A DNA stretch of 64,000 bases from Laetmonice hystrix. Lineage: Eukaryota. The notes under the pieces are model-generated. The model saw only the letters and a list, made by a program, of their open reading frames with translations, searched no databases and was not told where the DNA came from. This document shows, one piece after another, positions 13,265-27,616 of the stretch. Where the stretch lies: contig OZ249443.1 in NCBI GenBank assembly GCA_965235115.1, forward strand, positions 12,834,001-12,898,000, written 5' to 3'. The position numbers were made by a program, and so were the translations under genes. Position 1 is the stretch's first letter. Each line of letters opens with the position of its first letter.

Positions 13265-14223
13265 TAGGACACAACTTCGCCAAGAAGCCTTTACCTGCAA
13301 CTTTGAATTCAACTGAGAAGCAGGCCAAATGCACCCTGGATGTAGAGACTACAATGCTTGCCGTGACAGACACTGATTAGGACCGGTAAGACCAAAGATC
13401 TACAAACAGGAACTTCAATTCTTCAGTTAAACCAGTGACCAGCCGGCCAGAAACTCCTGTTTTAATCCGCTGATTCATAGATCGACTGGGAGATCGAAAA
13501 AGGTTATGCCGGTAAATGAAGACTGATAAATCACTTTACTTAGACCTGAAAATCACATCTGACCATGTGTTAATGGATTAGAACATGCTTACCGCACACA
13601 TTAATACCTCAAAACACGCCTGACTACTACAGACCATCCCGCTCAGCCATCCGTAATATGAATGCTCACAAAGAAAGCACGCGACAACATGAACAAATGC
13701 ATTCAAAGCCAGACCATTTTTTCGTTTCTTATGGCTCGAACCAGTGGATTGCAGGCCATTCCCGTTGCAGGAAGCAAATCCTTTTCATGCAACATACTTT
13801 AACCCCTTTTTTCTGTGTCTAAACAATGTCTGGCATGCCTGCTGAGCATGAGGCCTGACAGCCAACTCATGCAGAGAAGTTCTCTCTTCCAGATCAGCAT
13901 GCTTGGATTTGATTTGTTGATGTCGGAGCTAGCAGTAATGGGAGTCTTTGCTTGGGGTCACTCTGACTGAATGCACTAAGACGAAAAGTGGGCCCTACTC
14001 AACCTGGCAAGTAAAGGACCAACGGAAAATGTTGCTGATCGGTAAAAATATTGAACTCTTGACGGCATCACAATTCAATCACATCTTAAACCCTTTACAA
14101 CTTTTTTTAAGAAGCTCTACTTTTTCCAAATCATCATTTTAACAGATGCAACAACAACAAAATGAAACGAGAGACAACTTCCGCATATTATAATCTACAT
14201 ACAACAGACAGAGAACCACTTAC

Positions 14224-14332
14224 CTTTTTATAAGCCTTGAAAACATTGCACTTGAAGACGTTGGTGGAACCATCCCTTGCAATGTAACTGAAAATCTTCA
14301 AGTCTTGAGAGTCATGCGACACATAGAATATT
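14224..14332 (-). CDS. NOS1AP: NOS1AP/CAPON-like exon ([36 protein letters not shown])
   Basis: 109 bp, phase 2/0. Acceptor atactttcag|A completes the Arg codon, donor AAG|gtaagt. Near-identical to the NOS1AP PTB core [21 protein letters not shown]. Absent from the ORF track. Confidence 0.95.
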
Positions 14333-14666
14333 CTGAAAGTATATAAGAGGATCAAATGTTAAGTTTTCCCACGTCAAATACTGCTCCTAATATTTGTCTC
14401 TATGCACAAAAATTACATCGGAAATTAATTTAAATAGAACGGAAATACAAAGAAAGAAAATTCAATATTTCAACATATTAACAAACCACCGAATCAAAAG
14501 TCATAAATGTTCATTCCCACTAGTCACAACAGCTCTTAGAAAGACACAGCTGTAGTCATGCACATTGTGAAAAAATACTTAAATCATGCTCGAAATAAAG
14601 AAGGGGGAGTTATAGGACTGTGCACAGACGTCGCTTTGTAGGGGACGAGTCCAGGATATCACAGAG

Positions 14667-14722
14667 ATCACTGCATAAAACAGGTATCACTGGATAAAAC
14701 AGGCATCACTGCACACAAAGGA
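14667..14722. repeat. 19-bp tandem repeat, 3 copies
   Basis: atcactgcataaaacagg-type unit at 14667, 14686 and 14705. Confidence 0.8.
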
Positions 14723-17700
14723 GTTCATGGTTCGAGATACGGCTAACAAAATATAGTGTTCGTTTCTCTACGAACAACCCATGTCCGACCATAATTGCTG
14801 ATGTACAATGTGAAGGAATGTTTAAAAAAGGTGCTATAATCAATGGACAGTTTCTTGTGTCCAAACAAGGCTGACACCGCACGATTTTACACGTGTCCTC
14901 ACGTGGTGCCTCACTCTAACCTCCCCACAAATTGTCTGTGACCTCATTGTGCGAACATTATACACCAATCATTCAGCTGGTACAGCAACCTAACTTTGAT
15001 GACACATCCAGACACAAGCCATGTCGGACATTTAGTACCTTAACTAACGTATGACCACTGACAGAATCCCTTTACGTTGTCATCAATGGCTGGAGGTCAA
15101 CTGATTTAATTTCTTGATGGTAAACTGAAGACAGCAGAAACGTGAACAATTCACACTTTCTGTAACCCATCACTTCAAAGCGCCTGATTCGTCTGCTTGC
15201 CTTTCGATCTGACGAATCAGAGGCGAGCTTACATTGCCAGTTTTTATCCCTGTCCCCACTCAAGAGAGTAACTGTTGTCTGGCCTCTAATGGTGGAAGAG
15301 ACAGATTTTCCGTGATAGATTCGCCATGAAAACCTCCAGTGACATTTCTTTTAGACACACAGATAGAACAAACATACATCACCAGGTTTCCTCTCGCCCC
15401 AGACACAAACCAAACTATATTTCACAGGGGGGTATTCTCCCTGATGACAGACAGTGTGGGTGTCGCAGCGATTAATCACCCTCGTATCAGTGACAGTGCC
15501 GTCTTCTCCGTACACTTGAAGGCCTTCAGCGTTCGTACGAATACTGTACCGTACCACAGCATGACATATCACACTTATCTCTGAAATTCTTTGTTTTTTT
15601 TCTTCACAGAACATAACCATTTGCATTAGTCGCGTGGGTACTCGACCGCCAACGTACAGCTCTAGCTGTCACAGTTGTTCTTAGTAACATTAATAACGAG
15701 GTCAACAAGCATGCAATAACATATCTTTGGTCGACAGTAACCGATAAAAATCTAACGTATGAGGTTATATGAAAGTCACCAAGAAGCAATGCCATCAGAA
15801 ACCTTCCTAATATGATAAAAAAAGGATTGGGGATTTGCGTCTTGCCAGCAGCCAATGTCATAGCACTACGGTCAGTTTGACAGTACTGGCTGAGGAAACT
15901 GGGTAGTATCGGGGGGGGGGGACTACCAAGTATTGAGTAGGTAACTGAAAACCTTCTCATATCCAGCACTAAGGGGGAGGGGGCATTCAAAGCCCGGAGG
16001 TGTCAGGCCCTCTGATGACGAGCCACTAAAAACAAAATATCTCAGATTGGGAAACTCGTCGTGCAAACAGAATCAAAGCTGAGGTCGTATAACAGTTGAG
16101 GTTCAACTCCAACTACTGATTGAGGGAGATCTCAGGCGATATTTCCATATCGAGTACATGTACTGACATTATTGCCTCTTACCACGCTGGTCACAAAGAA
16201 ACAACATTCGCCACAGACGGATTACTGGCGTAATCCGTTTCCTTAATCTTCCCATTGATCTTATCCCCATGATCAAGCATCAGAGACGGGGAAGATTATG
16301 GACGACGCGCACTGCCTGGTGGCTTCAAGAGGCTCAGCAAGTCTCCCGATGACCAATGGCCAGCTGAAAGCCACGCAGTGGAATGTAACAGGCAGAATCA
16401 CCCAACTTAACGCCTCGAGAGTACTGAGGGCTGATGGCAGATTTCCCAAGACCTTTGGTTTCAAATCTTGGATAGTGCTTCACAATTGGTGCGACCGGAG
16501 CATGAACGTACAAATTGGCGGTTTCTGTGATTCAAGGAAAGGATATACAAGAGAAGCAACTGGCCAACACTTACAGTGTGACCCATGTTTCATCCTTTCA
16601 GATTACAGGTCTTTATAAGACATTCCCCTATACATGTCCCCGATGGCATTTACCAACATTTGTTTCTCGTTAAAGCACTACCATTTACTTCGACGCCGCA
16701 CTGAATACGGATCTTTCTTCTACCACCTTCATTGACCCGACCTCCTCCGCATTAAAACTACGTCTTTAATTTCCAATTACAATTCCTCCAGTCCTAGACA
16801 TTATATAGATATAAGCAGTAACCCTTGACAGTACATCCATGGTGCATGTTCCCTTAAAGGACTGTTCACACCCAAGGAGAGCGCACCACCGACCGTAAGC
16901 CTCCGAAATCGGTGTCGGTACCTGTCGCGCTGAGGATATGTTGTAAAACAAACGGTGTCGGTGTCGGAATGGGCGTCGTCTGTGGTGTGAACACCCCAGT
17001 AGACGTCGCTGGCCTCCGCAGACATAAAGCCAGATTTATTCACGTAACACATGCCACAACACCAAGGGATGTGCAATCGCCAGGAAATCCAATTCGACCC
17101 CTCTTTTTAAAAGATGCGTGTGGCAGGGTCAGAGTATTGTGTAAATTACACCGTTTGTAACACTCTGCCTGACATCCCGAGACAGCCGCCCAGCCCTATA
17201 TCAGTACACGTAGAGACGCTGCAGAAAATGGGACCCGTTTTCCCCAGGCTAAAAATCAATGGGCCATCCTGTCCATACAAATGGTCTCTTTAACCGCAGC
17301 ATGAACACCTCAAAACGGTCTTCTTTGGGAAACGTCAAATTTCATAAACCAAATGTAAATTAAAACTGACATTTCTAAATCACCTGAAATGTTTTCAGAC
17401 AGTTTAAGTAACGTTGCATCTCCTAGGCATCCAACACAATGACATCATTTTTACACGTCCCTTTAGACTAACGTGACATTATTTTTAAAAGAAGCCCAAC
17501 TTTTCCAAGTGAAATATTTATGCCAAACAAAAGCAAGGGAAAGGAGCAGAATCTTATTTTATAATAAATCATTTTTTGAAATTCTCCGCTTTCGGGCCCA
17601 CTGCTTACAAACCGAACTCGATGACCTAGCAGCAATATGTTTTAACCATTTTCAATTACCGTTTAGCAAGGGAAGCGGGGAACCCACCCGCTATGCTCCC

Positions 17701-19479
17701 ACCCATTCATAGCTCTGCATTATTTCCATAATACTGTTTTATGTAAGATACCAATTAACTCATGTGTGATGGGGTTTCCAATCTGCGAGCATCACACTCC
17801 CCTGAAATGCGTCATTGTCATCTCCTAGGACTGCTATTTACCAAAACATTGCGTTCGAGCCATTAAACCGCTAAACGAAGCTCAACTGTTCTGATCCTAA
17901 AATAGAAGGACTATCTTACAATGGACAGTTGTGGAAGTACGGAGTTCGGCTTGCAGATTATTTCCATTCTCTCTCAAAATGACGGATTATCTTCACTTTA
18001 AGCTGCCGTTGTACTGTTTGTACATGTTCATAACATATAAATCCCCCACTGAAGACTGGTTACTTTAGGTAACGTTAACCAGCCTTTCTGGCTATTAAAA
18101 AGAAATGACACATCCAGACCACAAATTTCCCGTGCTACCTTTCTAATGCATTTTACCACTACTCCAGGTTTTGCTATTAATACTAAACTAAAATCTTCTC
18201 TCTCAGGGCAGCTTGCCTCTGCTAATGTAAAGCAGTTGGTTGCACATGGATTCTGGTCTTACGATTAGCCACATAGCTAATACATACAAAACAAATGGAA
18301 TTACTTCAGTGGACCAACATAACTTTTGAGAAAGTGCCATTAGCGGTTTGTTCACCGAATCGTTTCCTTTCACTTTCATTTTCCACATGCCGTAGCCCAT
18401 TACCAATCATTAATCAATACATTGAATATAAAAATGCAGAAGAACTTCACTGCCCACATTAGTGTGAAAACAGTTTTGAAGGTTTCCGCGGGAAATCGAT
18501 GCTTGCAACTTCACCATGTAGACTGGAAATGGGATATGGAGGCCAACCATTCTGAAGGCTCACTCCTTGAAAATATGTTCTTAATGGCAGTCGTTTCCTG
18601 AAGTCTTGATACGTTCTCAAATATCAATGCTGCGAGCGCCAGTGGGAGTGAATGTGCACGGGACGGAACGAGACGTTATTACCGTATATCAGAGAAAAGG
18701 ATCTACGTGCCAAGTATGGTCCTTTACACCTTAAGTATTTCATTTCTATACAGACCGGAAACAGAGTTTTCTACTTAACATACACACTTTCCATTTCCTC
18801 ACGTTCACGGCTATTGACTACTGGAGACAAAGGATTTTACAGAAAACTTCCTGTAAAAGCCCTCCCACTTTATCCACACGCAACCCAGGCATTCACGTCT
18901 TACAACCGACTCAATAAATGAAAGTGACTTTTTACTTGGCTGCATACTGGAGTTTGAAATAACTTCAGCGCCTAATTCCCACATCACATATTTTGTCACA
19001 TTCAATACACACTGCTCACAAGGCATGCCCGTCACACTCCCACTGATGGTATTTCCTCTTGGTAATTTGTGTTGCATGAACTACACATTGCAATATTTGC
19101 TCTGTGTGTCCTGCCACAATTTGGTTCGCCGTGCCGTAAAAAGACGTCGGAATGGCCGCCACCGACTGCCCCTCTAGACTTCTGAGTGGCTCCTTCCATT
19201 AGGGAACATGCTCAGACATTCTCAATGAAGAAGATCAATGACTTGTTCCCAATTTCTGCCTATCTCTGACGACGGTGCCTGCTCACCAGGGTCTGTCATG
19301 CGACTTTATCTCCGCGCCATTCATCTTTAATGCCCTCGTCGCTATGGAAATGTACGCACCCAAACGCTCAGATATTAACACCACACTGCCCCCCACTCAC
19401 CCCTCCGGGTGTCTATCTGTCCTCCATCGGGGCCACGACGTCAAATACGTCATAGAGACGCTGATAATGGACCCAACAG

Positions 19480-19493
19480 CCACCAGAGGGCGC
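19480..19493 (+). promoter_or_regulatory. CTCF consensus motif CCACCAGAGGGCGC
   Basis: 14/14 match to CCASYAGRKGGCRS. Confidence 0.55.
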
Positions 19494-21136
19494 TAGCTGC
19501 TGTATAAATCTCCCTTAACCGATAGGGGCGAGGCTTTACCCGGGTCAGCCACGCGGGGGGTAGATATGGGTAACTTTAGGTTGGTGTTAGGGTAGTGCAG
19601 ATACATTAATTCTCTGCCAAAGACTTTAGTGGTGAAATAATTCTACTTTTACAGAACAAACAGCGAACACAATAAAGTTTAGCAGAGAACAACCCAAACA
19701 AACAACTTAAAGTGAAATACATGTTCTAGCACGTCTGTCACACATATAGGTGAATATTCATGTATATTGGCGCATTCAGAGACTGCGGTATAATGTAAGA
19801 ATGCATTGGTAAATTAACAGGATAACGGATGTTAAAATAGAATGGCTATAACTTTTATCAAGTACAGATATAAATGCTGTGTTTCACAAGGACAGATTCT
19901 ATACAAGGCAGCAGGCAGATAACAAAAGATATGGTGATTTGGAAAGAGCAGATCGAGAGACAGCTCAACACAATGAGACACATCGTCTCAGGATGTCTTA
20001 GATGTGGAAAACGATTTGGTGAGCTATGGACGTTTTCATCACACCAGAACGGCCATGCTCAACAACTGGCAAGGAAGAGGGAATGATGGATGGAATGAAA
20101 TTAAGAGACAAAGAACAAAACAAATCACAAGATCATTCATTAAAAACCAGGCAATATTAATATGACAGTTCCGAGTGCATAACATGCTAAGAGGTCCGCC
20201 ATTTTTAATAGACCCCAAACATAACAAGAGTCAAAGGTCAAATCAGTATCAAGGAAAAGGTCATGATATTGTTAAGGGGTCAGGTCAAGGTCAATCAACG
20301 AAGGTGAGACTGCCTACCTGTGGAGGGGGTGAAACATGACGAGAAGGTGGTTTTCATCCACCACACTGACATTAAACAAAACATATTTCGGTACTGAATC
20401 TCGGGTTAAAACGAGGAAAAACTAATCATCCTGATTTATGAAAAACTTATTTTAGTGGGCCTGACTAAATCTGCAGGACAAAACAAAAGGGGTGAAACTT
20501 ATTTCGTTTTTATAATCTAAAGTTTCTCTCCTGTACATATATACTCCACGCTCTTTCGAAATGGTCATAAAATGAAATTTTATTTTAACGACATGCAAAA
20601 TATCATTTTGACATACATATTGGGTAAATAAACAAAAATATACAAATAATAAAAAACAAATCCTAGTATTTTATAATGTACTGAAAATGTATTCTTTCTC
20701 TGTTATTTAAAAAGTAGGTTTCAAATTCCCCATTTGTGTGACATCAAATCAGATGCTATTCTATATAATGACCTGATGTTTCTCCAGAATTTCCTCCAAG
20801 ATTGTTTGATTGCCGTGTGAGTCGTAGATAAGAAATGAATTCTTTCCATTTCACTAAGGAAATTAATGGAGAGTGCGTGTCAAGGTGAATTTCCAAGGCG
20901 GGAATTAAAATATTTCAAATAACGCCCACTCTGATATCAATTTTCCGGGGAACAATATCTCCATATTGCATACTACCAAGGAGACTACGGACAAATTCTT
21001 ACATAAACATTTATGTTTTTAAGACAGTCAATCGCCGGAACAACTTAATAAAACAAACTGAAAGAACAGATTAATGTGGGGGTATATTAAAACACTAAAC
21101 CCGATTGATGAATTATAAATATAATATCTAACTCAC

Positions 21137-21195
21137 CTGTATATGGGGTGATGCATCACCATCATGCGGTTCTCGTCCCAAGCCCACTGGTTTTT
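21137..21195 (-). CDS. NOS1AP: NOS1AP/CAPON-like exon (KNQWAWDENRMMVMHHPIYR)
   Basis: 59 bp, phase 0/2. Acceptor ttggttacag|AAA, donor AG|gtgagt. Matches NOS1AP KEWTWDESKMLVMQDPIYR and is in frame with both neighbouring exons. Confidence 0.92.
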
Positions 21196-24100
21196 CTGTA
21201 ACCAAATATTGCATACAATACATAATCCCATATAGCAAGGCATTTGTTCTACAGTATAGATTAAATACTCTTGGTGAATAATTTCATGTCGGATTTCTGA
21301 AGTATATCCTTTTTCTCTATCCTCTAAATTCTGGCATGTAACAAATGAAATATCAGAGTACACCTTTGAGACTGACGAGACTTAGCAATATGGTGTACCC
21401 CCCCCCCCCCTGTAACTATTAATCCGGCGATAACCGTGAGTGGGGTACGTTTGCATATTTAAAATTATTATTGCAACACAAACTGATCATCAGGGTTTAA
21501 TGTTGTTTAAACCTCGAACAATGAACCTGCCAAAATCGGCTGGGACAAGTATTTGGCATTCATACCCACTCAAGTGATCATGGCAGATGAGTAGCTTCAT
21601 AATATTTCAAGGTGACGGGATGAGACGCTTCCATTAAACGTTTTACTTCCTAACAAAACCTGAGAATTTCCGGAGGCGCCCAACTAAATCAAACGGAGTT
21701 CCGCCAAATCTTTAATTTAAGTGTTAAATGTTTGAGAGAACAATGACGCCATTCGTGTACAACTCGGTCTTTAAGAAGCCGGGAATGTTAAATGTCTCCG
21801 TGTGCCATGCCAAATGGGTTTGTATCATGTCTTTCTCAATTATTGCCGTAAAGCCGGCTAAAAAGAAAATAATTCTGCAAATCATTACATTTTCAATAAA
21901 TTTAATGGTTGACGCTGGGTAATTTTTTTATTATATCTAAATGGGACAATATTCATAAGATGCGTAATGTATCTCAATAAATGAGGATGTATGAAGATAG
22001 CGCGATTTGATGACACCGATAAATGTCTCCGATAGATTGTTTGATTGGAGTATGGTCTGTACAGAAGATATCAACTCAAACAGGGTGTCGTATAGCCAAA
22101 CTGTTAACATCTTGAGGACTTCGCGGTAGAATGAAATGATTTTTTGGCATACTCCAAGAAGAACTTCTTCTCGTGTAGACTTTGTACGAGCGATCAATAT
22201 ACCATCCGATCTAAGAAACGTTCTGAGAAATTGATAAAAAAAAATGCTATCGTAATATTCTTCAGACCGGATGATAAGGAGACTACGGCTGCACGGCGCT
22301 GCTTGATCCGACGGCTCCTCCAAACTCTGCTTCACATTCATTCCACCCGACTCATCAGATCATTCTGCATCTCAAAATAGTCTCTAATATCTCTGACAGT
22401 CTTAAAGAATTAGTATATTGGGTCTCAGTACCTAGAGCGTCAATTCCTTTAACATGGGCGTCTTCCGCCAATCAGTTGTTCACAAAATTCATTATAAAGC
22501 ATCCGAAGGGTAGTATCAGCACATTAAGTAATTATGGTCTTGATGAACAAAATCCGTTTTCTTTGTTTTCATGTAGGTATTGGCACAACTTAATCTTCTA
22601 CAAATAAAAATATAATCAAGACGCGAGCAGATTTCATACTTGATGCCTTTGCCTTCAATTGTTCCTTGTAATACATTGATAGCTTGCTACTCAATGAAAC
22701 GTGTGTCTGCAGGGCGCTGCGCCTTGAACAAACCCCTGGTAGGAATCAATGAGACCACCCCATGTCCCGTCAGGTTTAATTGTGTGGTCACTATCAATCA
22801 ATCTGCACAATATGGACATTCCCTCCTAATGAATGCAAGATTGACACGAGAAATCAGACACCATATTTCCGTCCTCGACTCCCTTTCAAGATTTTTTTTT
22901 CTTTTTCGTTTCCAATCATATGAGCACTGGCGAACGGACGTAAAAACCCGACGGTCCATAAAAACGCCATTTCATCAATACTCAAGGAATTGAAGGAATC
23001 ATTTCCCTGAAAGCAGACCGTCATACACGTGTGTGAATGGCACTATGAACGGACAGATGAAGGGCTTTATGTTGTATACATGTGAATGGACAGACGGTGC
23101 GAGTGCAGGGTGGGCAGCTCTATCTGAGTAAATGGAGATACGTCATAGAATGAATTCAATAGACGAAGGTTGGCGACCAATACGAAACGGAGGAATCTTG
23201 ATCCTGTCCTTTAACAGATAGAGAATAGACTTCAAGAGAGCATTGGAACTTCAAATAACCTTTCGGAGAAACGTAACTAAACATTAAGTAATATGATGAG
23301 ATGGAGAGAAGCCCAAGTGGTCTCTGAGGCACACGGCGTGCCTGAGATCCACTGGACCCAATCGGGTGCAGCCTTCATGGGGCCACACCACATGAAGGCA
23401 GTTTTCCAAACCTCAGAAATAACCAATCAATCCCGTGATATGAGCAAATGCTCTCCTTTTGTCATATTAACTTACATTAAGGAAGTACCCTAATGGCCAC
23501 AGTTTAGTTCTTCAGTCTACAATAAAAGGCTTCATTTTCACCCGCGCATGGCACCATTTGCGCAAATGTAAACGTTCTGTTAAAAGTGAAAAGTTGACTA
23601 ATGGGATATATGCCTTAATTCACTTGTAACCTTGCCTTCTCACTTGGAACCTTGACGCAGATTGAGCCTTCATATAAAGCATGGGAGGTAGGACTACATC
23701 CCTTTACAGATGGGAGAATGGGAGAACTGAGAATAAAATAAAAATTGACAGGAACTAAAAAAGTGGACTGTTTTAGTGGCTTGGTCCAAGTCCTATACCG
23801 TTCGAAGATCTGGCGTCTGGAGAACACACGATAACCCATTGAGAGCCACCTGGTTTGGAACCTTGCCGCAGATTGAGCCCACTGACGGGGTACGGGTTGT
23901 ATTGCTACATCCCTTTAGAAGAGTCGTGTCACACTTATCGCTGAGTTACACCCTCACCTCTCAAAGTGGACACACCAACCGAAACCATCGACTCTTCGTA
24001 CTGTCAGGTTTTCAACAGCGTCTGTTTCCAGACTACGACCGAACGTGGAGACCGGCGCCTCACAGTTCCTTACATTATTACAGTGGTGCTTACTGCTTTA

Positions 24101-26949
24101 TATATCTCACCACCTTGTCGAGGACCACAGAAACGGTGTCACTTGCACACCCTTTCTGTTTGCTAAATTATGAACAAACCCCCTGCGAAATCAAAAGTCT
24201 TGAAGTAGTATCTGCTTAAATGTATTAAATACAAGACATTCTAATATTCATTTTGTATCCATAAAATTTGTTTTAGGCAGAAAAAAGGGAAATTGCGAAA
24301 AAAACACGCATAGTAAAATTCCAAGCGACGTCAGCGCCCTCTCAAGGAACGCCACGTGTCCTCCTTGCAGCAATGGCCATATCGAGGGTTAATTGATATG
24401 CAAATTAGGGTGTAGGTACCACGTCCATGCTATTGTTGGGAGCTCTATTGTTCTGGCTGGCCGTACTAAGACCTGCAGGGGGCCTGGACAGTGAGTGAAA
24501 CATTGTACAGGTCCTAGTCATACCAGGGGGCGGTGACGGAAAGTACAGGTCCCAATACATCGACGATCAGATACACTGGTCGTGATGAGGAAAGGGAATG
24601 TTAGAATCTATTTGATCTATTGTTTACACCATGACAGTACCGTGTTAGAGTGGGCAGCGGGAAGTTTCCCCAGGGTGATTCTGAGGTTGTGACAACTAAT
24701 CCATTGCTGATAGCAGCACTTTCGGTCTATGGATCCATGATAATCCCATTTACATTTCCACGAGCCGTTTCTGTGGTACCTTTGATATGGTCAAAAGTTA
24801 CCTGGATGTCCAGAAACTCGGAGTAGATTTGTTACCCCTCGATCAGTTTGAAGCAGCGTTCGAACATGGTAACTGACCGACCAATAATACCCCTTTCTCC
24901 CGGGCAGTGAGGACTTTAGGCTACCCCGACCCGTGTGATGTCACTTGTCCGTCGATTCCGTATAATTCCATTTTGCTATTTTTCAGACTCGACCAACAAC
25001 AGGCTATGAAGACGTGAAAATCCTGGAAGTAGACCAAGTCACGGCCATACATAATCACACACCATTCTTCAGGCTACTCCCTTTTTCTTTTACTTGACAT
25101 GGAATAAAAGAATTAGACATTTCCCCCAAATGTTTCCAAGAATATATATCACTGTTACTTTGTGATGAAGACCGTTGATGGCATTTGATTGGATTGCTTA
25201 GTTCTTTGTAATCAGTCGACGGAAAGCACTATCTATTCAACAAGATACAAACAAAACACGTTGTCACTGTAGGCTCAACAAAGACATATAAGTTCATATC
25301 ATATAAGATTACATCTCTCTGCCTATAATTATGTTGGCGAGAAATCTGAGAAATCCTTGAAAGAATAATAATACATTTCTCAACCCCTGACTGAACTAAA
25401 TTAATTATCAGTACAGTTTCCTTTTTTTCTAAATTGAGAAAACTTAAACTTTGAAAGCATTTTCAAAAAGACCTGACAGATTTAAAGTCTCAAACAGAAA
25501 TCCGGTGTTAAAGTTTACCTAATATAAGACCGTTTGAAACTTTATCTTCTATTAATTTCAGATTTCCTTAAGTAAAACCATTTATCATGAGTCAGCAGTT
25601 TTGTTATTGACTTGTTCTACAGTCACATGATCCCACCTGTACTAAGCCTTAACTGTTTCCCTTTCACTGATCTCCAGAGACATTTAACATCGTATCACAA
25701 TTGACAGAAACTCATTTGAAAACCTAATAACTCAAGCACTCAGATTTTCCTTCGTTTGTCATAAAACCCCCCTCTTAAGTTCTGTTTAGACTAAAAGTAG
25801 CTTTGCACGGACTAAGACAAATTCCACCTAAAAGCATTTTTCTCCCTACTATTCAAATGTCTATCCATTAAATATCTATTGATTCATCCATTTACTTGTT
25901 TTTTGCCTGTTATTTACAGCAGGCCCGGACATGTTGACTCTGCACCAGACGGGCACATTGTGTTTGCCACTGAAGTGTGGCAAATATGGCAAAACGGCGA
26001 ATAAACACCAGGACATATGGTGCAGAAGAACTGAATATGTCATATAGTCGGCAGACATTGTAAATAGAACATAGTTATTGATGACAAATGCGGCAGCCAC
26101 TATTTCTAATCGCTCCTCCCCAGGTTCAAGGTTCAAAATGTTCTCAGATCAATCATGTCAATGGCCATCGTTACCTAGAATTAGGACATCATGTATTTAT
26201 ATCATTCATTTTCTCTACTTTAAACTGACTTCCATTTACTCACCACCACCTAAGATTGTTATTGTATTCTACCCGTTTGCTTACACCAAATACATGTATG
26301 AATTGACCGACTGCACAATGTAAGTAGTACATGCAATTGGGCGTTATAATCAGGATCACACAAAATAAAATGTTCATGGAGTCAGTTCAAGAAAGTTTTC
26401 CAGAACCCTTCCATATATAGTATTTGTAAACAATATTCTACCAAGAAAACAATAGTAGCTTGATGATATATTATGATTACATTTTTTTAGTACCAGTGAA
26501 TTGTGTCCGTTACTACCGTACGGCTTAAAGGCGCAATACGCTGCATCAACTGAAGAATAACCACTTACCGTTTAGAAATAACCCTTCCTATCTCTACAGT
26601 TTCTAGCGTATGATCACTGAATTAACTTCAATATTTACACCCTGGAGCTGATTATGTTATCTTTAGTAATCGTTATAATAATCTGTGCGGCATCTTTTCA
26701 AAGTAATATAAATCTGTTATTCCAACTGCTCCTATAAAATGATTATCCAAGCCTCTTGACAAAGATAGCTCGATAAAAGAAGAGCTAAGCTCAGATTTTC
26801 TGCTACTTTCTTCTGGATCTGACTAGAATTATTGCAGCGCCAATGAAAAGGATCGCCTCTATAGATGTGGTCAATAAGATTAGTAGAGAGAGCAATTGTC
26901 CGTTATACAACTAAAGCACACAGAAATATCTTCGATATAAATCCTACAT

Positions 26950-27480
26950 GTACAGGTCACTGGGGAGAGTTCCATACAAAGCCTGTATTAGGTTAACCCA
27001 ATCTTCTCGGATTAAACATTTCCTCAGGGTAGAATCCACAGTAGTGGGTCCCCGAATTCAGGGCGACCCTAAATATGATTTTTTATCATCTTCCATAATA
27101 AAGACAATGAAAAATACCAGCTTCATATACTTTGCACAATTGGGCTAGAGAATCACCTGAGGAGTGGGACTGCCGTAATTTAATGCGAGATGACGCTCAT
27201 TTCAATTAGATAGTGGTAAGGCTGCACTGATGTACATGGAGCACTACGGAATAATTAGGCTGAGATATTATTCCTGCCAGGGTACATACGAGACTATTCT
27301 ACAAGGAGAATGAACCGTGAATTCCAAATATCTTGGCAATCTGCCATATTCTGTCTCAATACGCGCCATTAGCGGTCGAATGTCAACTCGGTCTCTGGTT
27401 TACAGAACTATCCCCTCTCGCCGGTCGGGAATAGAAATCCCATCCCTTCCTAATCATCATCCGCGCATCCTGCTAGCCTA
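26950..27480 (-). mobile_element. Possible highly decayed LINE APE-endonuclease fragment
   Basis: Broken frames give DRREGIVL*TRDRV...LSLIIRSAP...RGPTTVDSTLRKCL...LPSDL, loosely like the APE motifs (GGV..Y.R, IYRPP, PT....TLD, SDH). Judged by eye only. Confidence 0.25.
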
Positions 27481-27616
27481 CCATTATACTTATAAATGAT
27501 ATCGTAGGAAACGGAAATATTAATACGGCTAGGCTAAGCCTGCTTCTATGATGACGTACTACATGAACAGATACAAAATATTGTTCAAGGTACACTCGGA
27601 ATATCGGCATGGTTCT

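Noticed and set aside
21937-22341. 134-aa minus-strand ORF
   Set aside because: No recognisable domain or splice structure; the length is within chance range for 64 kb.
24780-24870. Penelope-like RT motif SEFLDIQVTF on the minus strand
   Set aside because: A single short motif is not enough to call.
26088-26113. RLEIVAA peptide resembling NOS1AP RVEIVAAM
   Set aside because: Lies downstream of the exon it should precede, lacks the flanking conserved residues and lacks suitable splice sites.
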